Assembly: GCA_017623475.1 (NCBI GenBank)
Contig: JAGAPC010000017.1
Coordinates: forward strand, 37,375-101,374
Origin: Clostridia bacterium
GTDB lineage: Bacteria; Bacillota; Clostridia; Oscillospirales; UBA644
Length of the DNA stretch: 64,000 nucleotides
Direction: 5' to 3'
Shown here: in pieces, positions 60,472 through 64,000 of the stretch
Position numbering within the stretch: position 1 is the first letter of the stretch
How the letters are laid out: every line of letters begins with the position of its first letter
Notes under the pieces: generated by a model
What the model saw: only the letters and a program-made list of their open reading frames with translations
The model's database searches: none
Told to the model about the DNA's origin: nothing
Program-made: the position numbers and the translations under genes

Positions 60472-60559
60472 TGGCGGAGAGTTAGGGATTCGAACCCTAG
60501 GTCCCTTTCGGGACACAGCATTTCGAGTGCTGCACCTTCGACCACTCGGACAACTCTCC
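60472..60559 (-). tRNA. tRNA-Ser (anticodon CGA), CCA encoded
   Basis: The minus strand reads GGAGAGTTGTCCGAGTGGTCGAAGGTGCAGCACTCGAAATGCTGTGTCCCGAAAGGGACCTAGGGTTCGAATCCCTAACTCTCCGCCA. It shows a 7 bp acceptor stem, anticodon stem CAGCA/TGCTG with loop CUCGAAA, a long variable arm and a GGTTCGAATCC T-loop. Confidence 0.92.
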
Positions 60560-60641
60560 GTTTTATTCGGTTACGGTTAAATTTTGCGCGGCCGAGGGGC
60601 GCGTTTGCTCAAAATTCAATCCGTTTCCGAATTACTAAACT

Positions 60642-60670
60642 ATTATAATATATTTCCCTTGGTTTGTCAA
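60642..60670 (-). promoter_or_regulatory. Consensus sigma-A promoter upstream of tRNA-Ser
   Basis: Minus strand: TTGACA, 17 nt spacer, TATAAT. Confidence 0.6.
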
Positions 60671-60706
60671 GGGGTTTTCAAAAAGTTTGCTAATGGTTTT
60701 TGGTTG

Positions 60707-61459
60707 TTACCATTGGAGTTCCACGCAAACGGGGTAGTGGTCGGAGAGGTAGATGCCGTCGCGTTCGTCGGTCCAGGGGGTGGCGGTGTGGGGGAGGGAC
60801 GCGGTTTCGGCGCTGGTAAAGACGTAATCGATCTTCCAGGGGTTTTCGATTCTGCCGAACTCGTGGAAGGTGTGTTCGACGTTTTCGGCCAGGTCGGTTA
60901 GCGGAAACGCCTTGCAACGCTGAATGGGTTCACTATCCGGCTCGGCGTTGAAATCTCCGCACAGGAAGAAGGGGGAAGGTTGTTTTTCGTTATCGTTTTT
61001 GATTTGATTCAGTACGACGTCAACTGCGAGACTGCGCGCCGCCTCGCATATGTGATCCAAATGGACGTTATATACGCGGAAGATTTTGTCTTCGCAACGG
61101 AGCGTTACCGCCTGGCAAATACGGGGTGACGGGCTTTGTTCTTCAAAGCGGCTTCCGGGAACGTGGGGGGTGGGAGAGAGCCAAAAGGCGTTCAGCGCCA
61201 AAAGCTCGGTGGTTTGTTTTCGGTAGGCAAGTGCCAGCCCTTCTCCTTTGTATTGGCTGTCCCGTTGGTTGAATATGATATGGTATTCCGAAAGGAAATT
61301 CCGCAAAAACGCGATATTTTTGCCGGTTGCTTCTTGAAAGAAAACCGCGTCGGGTTTTTCTTCCGTGATTTTTTGTAAAATGCCCCCTGCACGGTGGAGG
61401 AAGTTGTTGATGCCGTCCTTGTCCCAGGAACAACGGATGTTAAAGGTTACGATTTTCAT
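60707..61459 (-). CDS. Endonuclease/exonuclease/phosphatase (EEP) family protein
   Basis: 250 aa. MKIVTFNIRC N-terminus, FQEA, GDFN and SDHYPV motifs. Confidence 0.85.
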   Translation of the reverse strand: MKIVTFNIRCSWDKDGINNFLHRAGGILQKITEEKPDAVFFQEATGKNIAFLRNFLSEYHIIFNQRDSQYKGEGLALAYRKQTTELLALNAFWLSPTPHVPGSRFEEQSPSPRICQAVTLRCEDKIFRVYNVHLDHICEAARSLAVDVVLNQIKNDNEKQPSPFFLCGDFNAEPDSEPIQRCKAFPLTDLAENVEHTFHEFGRIENPWKIDYVFTSAETASLPHTATPWTDERDGIYLSDHYPVCVELQW

Positions 61460-61475
61460 AAGAAACTAATCCTTT

Positions 61476-62195
61476 TTATACGCTTAAAGATTTGATTTCC
61501 GGGTGCTGATCCATAAAGGAGACGACCTCGGAGAAGGGAATGGTTTCTTTCAGGCGAACCTGTAAAATCATGTTCAAAGTATTGTTGTCGCAGGCGGTAA
61601 CTCGGGAAGAAATGATGGTGATGCCCAGCTCCTTTTGTTTTTCCTTTAACGCCTTGCGGATTTCGGGAGAATCCACGAGGGTAATGCGGATTTCACTGTT
61701 GGAGTAGGCGTCGTTGCCCACGTTGAACCAGTGCATGACCAGCTGAACGCCCAAAATGACTCCGGTGACCAAAAACGCCACGCCGTACATTCCGGCACCG
61801 CACGCCATTCCCACGGCAGCCATTGCCCAGATTCCGGCGGCGGTGGTCAAGCCTTTGACGGTGTTTCCGTTTTTAAAGATAACGCCGGCGCCCAAAAAGG
61901 AAATGCCGGTGACGACCTGTGCCGCAATACGGGCAGGGTCTGCCCCCCGGGTGCCTTCTGTGTACGTTCCCAGCTCGTTTAAAAGATCGGCAAAGCCGTA
62001 TTTGGAGATGATCATGATCAACGCCGCCCCGACGGCGATGATACAGTGGGTGCGGATCCCCGCTTCCTTGGAGCGTTTGGTTCGCTCCAGACCGATGATT
62101 GCGCCGCAGACCATCGCCGCAAGGATTCGGACGAGGTAGGTCAATAGGGGATGAAGGGCGAAAAATGCTTGGATTTGTTCAATAAATTCCATCAT
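61476..62195 (-). CDS. MgtC/SapB family membrane protein
   Basis: LERTKRSKEAGIRTH, 4-5 TM helices and a C-terminal ACT-like soluble domain. Confidence 0.85.
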   Translation of the reverse strand: MMEFIEQIQAFFALHPLLTYLVRILAAMVCGAIIGLERTKRSKEAGIRTHCIIAVGAALIMIISKYGFADLLNELGTYTEGTRGADPARIAAQVVTGISFLGAGVIFKNGNTVKGLTTAAGIWAMAAVGMACGAGMYGVAFLVTGVILGVQLVMHWFNVGNDAYSNSEIRITLVDSPEIRKALKEKQKELGITIISSRVTACDNNTLNMILQVRLKETIPFSEVVSFMDQHPEIKSLSV

Positions 62196-62207
62196 GCTCT
62201 CTCCTTT

Positions 62208-62873
62208 TTATATCGAAATTTTCCGAATGGATTTGTTCTCTTGAATTACCCGTAACACGTCCTTTAAGGGGACGGTTCCCAGCATCCGAAAGCGGAAGCG
62301 GACGATGACGGTGCCGTTTTCTTCGTCCCTCGTGTATTCGCAAGAAAGAAGATTTGCGTGGTATTTCCGTTTGCTTTTGTAAAGCAGCGGCTTCAGGTCG
62401 TCCACGTGATCCACCTCAACGGTCAAGGTCTGGACGGTGTATCCGAAGGATTCCATGTTCGTGACGTTGAGAAGAATATGGAATAAAATCAAAAGCGCCG
62501 TTACGCAGGCTGCCAGGGCGTACATTCCGATGCCGCAAGCCATGCCGATGGCTGCCGTTGCCCAAAGCCCCGTTGCGGTGGAAAGACCGGAAATGCCGAA
62601 GGTATCGCTTTTGTAGATGATCCCGACCCCCAAAAAGCCGATTCCGCAAACGATCTGGCAGGCGATTTGGGTGATATCCATATTCCCGATAAAATCGGAA
62701 AATCCATAGACCGAAAGGATCATAAACGTGCAAGCCCCGACGCAGATGATTCCGTGGGTGCGCTGACCGGCTTCCTTTCGCCGAAAGCCCCGTTCTAAGC
62801 CGATTGCCCAGCCGCAGAACGCTGCGAGAAGGACGCGGAGTAAAAGCTCCGTATCCAAATCAATTCCGTGCAA
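62208..62873 (-). CDS. MgtC/SapB family membrane protein (second tandem paralog)
   Basis: GLERGFRRKEAGQRTH with the same architecture. TTG start with its own TTGACA-17-TATAAT promoter at about 62914-62942. Confidence 0.8.
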   Translation of the reverse strand: MHGIDLDTELLLRVLLAAFCGWAIGLERGFRRKEAGQRTHGIICVGACTFMILSVYGFSDFIGNMDITQIACQIVCGIGFLGVGIIYKSDTFGISGLSTATGLWATAAIGMACGIGMYALAACVTALLILFHILLNVTNMESFGYTVQTLTVEVDHVDDLKPLLYKSKRKYHANLLSCEYTRDEENGTVIVRFRFRMLGTVPLKDVLRVIQENKSIRKISI

Positions 62874-62993
62874 CGCGCCTCACCGCCCTCTCTAAATTAT
62901 TTTATATTATCCAAATATTATATAGCGTTTTCATTTCTTTGTCAAGGAAATTCGAATAAGGTTCAAAAATTTGTTACATTCCGAAAAAACAAA

Positions 62994-63019
62994 GGAGAGA
63001 TACCAATTGGTATCTCTCC
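62994..63019 (-). terminator. nagB intrinsic terminator
   Basis: GGAGAGATACC-AATT-GGTATCTCTCC followed on the minus strand by TTTGTTTTTT. Confidence 0.8.
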
Positions 63020-63030
63020 GGGATTTTGGA

Positions 63031-63753
63031 TTAACCGTTGTAAGCCCCTTCGTCGCAGATAACGGTAACGTCGGGGTGCAGGTTCAGCATGGTGGCGGGG
63101 CATTGGGTGGTAATCTTGCCCGAAAGCAGCTTGGAGATGGCGTCGTGCTTGTTCTTTCCGCTTGCCATGATGATGATACTGCGGGCGGTGAAGATACTGC
63201 CGATGCCCATGGTCAACGCCTGCTTGGGAACCTCGTCGATGGAGGCGAAGAACCGGGAATTGACCTGAATGGTATCTTCGGTCAGATCGACCAGATGGGT
63301 ACCGGAAACCAGCTCCTCGTCCGGCTCGTTGAAGCCGATGTGACCGTTTTGTCCGATCCCAAGAATCTGCAGATCAATTCCGCCCAGATTGGCGATAATC
63401 TTGTCGTACCGCGCTCCTTCTTCCTCCGGATTTTCGGTCATTCCGTTGGGGACGTTGGTGTTCGCCTTGTCGATGTTGACGTGGTTGAAGAGCTTGTCGT
63501 TCATGAAATAACGGTAGCTTTGGTCGTTATCCGGCTTGATGGGATAATATTCGTCCAGGTTGACCGAACGGACGGCGGAAAAATCCAGGCTTCCTTCCTT
63601 ACATTCCTGCACGAGCTGTGCGTACATTCCCTCGGGGGTAGAGCCGGTGGCAAGCCCCAACACGCAGTCGGGTTTATTTTTAATCAGTTCAGAGACGATC
63701 TTTGCGGCGGCAGAAGACATTTCTGCGTAATCCTTGGTAACGATGACGTTCAT
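63031..63753 (-). CDS. nagB: Glucosamine-6-phosphate deaminase
   Basis: 240 aa. LGLATGSTP, NLDEY and GIGQNGHIGFNEP motifs. Confidence 0.95.
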   Translation of the reverse strand: MNVIVTKDYAEMSSAAAKIVSELIKNKPDCVLGLATGSTPEGMYAQLVQECKEGSLDFSAVRSVNLDEYYPIKPDNDQSYRYFMNDKLFNHVNIDKANTNVPNGMTENPEEEGARYDKIIANLGGIDLQILGIGQNGHIGFNEPDEELVSGTHLVDLTEDTIQVNSRFFASIDEVPKQALTMGIGSIFTARSIIIMASGKNKHDAISKLLSGKITTQCPATMLNLHPDVTVICDEGAYNG

Positions 63754-63894
63754 AATATTCCTCCGTATCTTGTTGTTTACACCTTATAATATAACATTAT
63801 AGCACGGAAAAATACCTTTGTCAAGCACTTTTTCGTTGCATCGCTCCGCAAATTGTCTTTCCACGAAAGTCCCCGTGAGGGAATGGGGCTTCGG

Positions 63895-64000
63895 TTACCG
63901 TGTTTGGAATTCCAATCGGTCAATCAGCGCGGCGGCGCGGGTGACGGTTTCGGCGAAATCTCCCGAGATCCGATCCATTTCCGCCAGAGGAGTTTGGAAG
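63895..64000 (-). CDS. 3' end of an unidentified CDS continuing beyond the window
   Basis: A minus-strand frame is open from the window edge to TAA at 63895-63897 (..FQTPLAEMDRISGDFAETVTRAAALIDRLEFQTR*). Too short to identify. Confidence 0.3.
   Translation of the reverse strand, partial: FQTPLAEMDRISGDFAETVTRAAALIDRLEFQTR

Larger units (their letters stand above)
50751..60484. mobile_element. tRNA-Ser-integrated genomic island (~9.7 kb, AT-richer) carrying a sortase-dependent pilus locus; integrase degraded
   Basis: 15 bp direct repeats at both ends. The right repeat lies within tRNA-Ser(CGA). There is an abrupt base-composition and codon-bias change, and a tyrosine-recombinase C-terminal fragment lies next to the tRNA. 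Confidence 0.75.

Noticed and set aside
60439-60648. ORF-track CDS (69 aa, + strand) overlapping the tRNA.
   Set aside because: The region is fully explained by the minus-strand tRNA-Ser and its promoter and leader. The ORF has no RBS and has an Arg/Ser-rich shadow composition.
62874-63030. M-box (Mg2+) riboswitch upstream of the tandem MgtC genes.
   Set aside because: The region holds only the nagB terminator, a promoter and a ~30 nt leader. That is too short for an M-box, and no M-box-like sequence is present.

Overview
This 64 kb chromosomal segment comes from a fairly GC-rich Firmicute, probably a Clostridia or Oscillospiraceae-like organism. That placement rests on gene order (yybS-gdpP-rplI-dnaB and tilS-hpt-ftsH), a CIRCE-controlled groESL, a glgD-containing glycogen operon and a dockerin-bearing secreted protein. 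Most of the window is ordinary core genome:
- Peptidases.
- A B12-riboswitch-controlled uptake pair.
- The replication and translation housekeeping block.
- groESL.
- A CNNM/CorC-type transporter.
- A GH95 fucosidase.
- An oadB-oadG-pncC-larA cluster.
- A six-gene glycogen operon (glgB-C-D-A-P plus a GH13 enzyme).
- A THUMP methyltransferase, an EEP-family protein, two MgtC paralogs and nagB.

Two regions stand out.
1. At 43.3-50.5 kb there is a tight tandem array of six paralogous lipoprotein genes. Each has a lipobox, an acidic Ser/Thr/Asp linker and a ~300 aa repeat-like, probably beta-propeller domain. I cannot assign the family to any named or characterised group. Two neighbouring copies are mosaic, with nearly identical 3' halves.
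2. At 50.75-60.48 kb there is a visibly AT-richer ~9.7 kb island bounded by a 15 bp direct repeat. The right-hand repeat copy is the 3' end of tRNA-Ser(CGA). The island carries a complete sortase-dependent pilus locus, a truncated chimeric integrase remnant and a small membrane-anchored protein. The pilus locus comprises a SipA-like signal-peptidase homolog, a tip adhesin split at an A8 run, an LPETG major pilin, a class C sortase, an LPQTG minor pilin and a second sortase.

Smaller oddities:
- An in-frame TAA inside a RelQ-type alarmone synthetase gene.
- An orphan promoter-to-terminator structured RNA at about 8.47-8.65 kb.
- A second A8-split ORF.
- A long terminator-containing leader, with a 31-codon uORF, ahead of the CNNM transporter gene.

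All calls come from reading the sequence and the supplied translations. No searches or computations were run.
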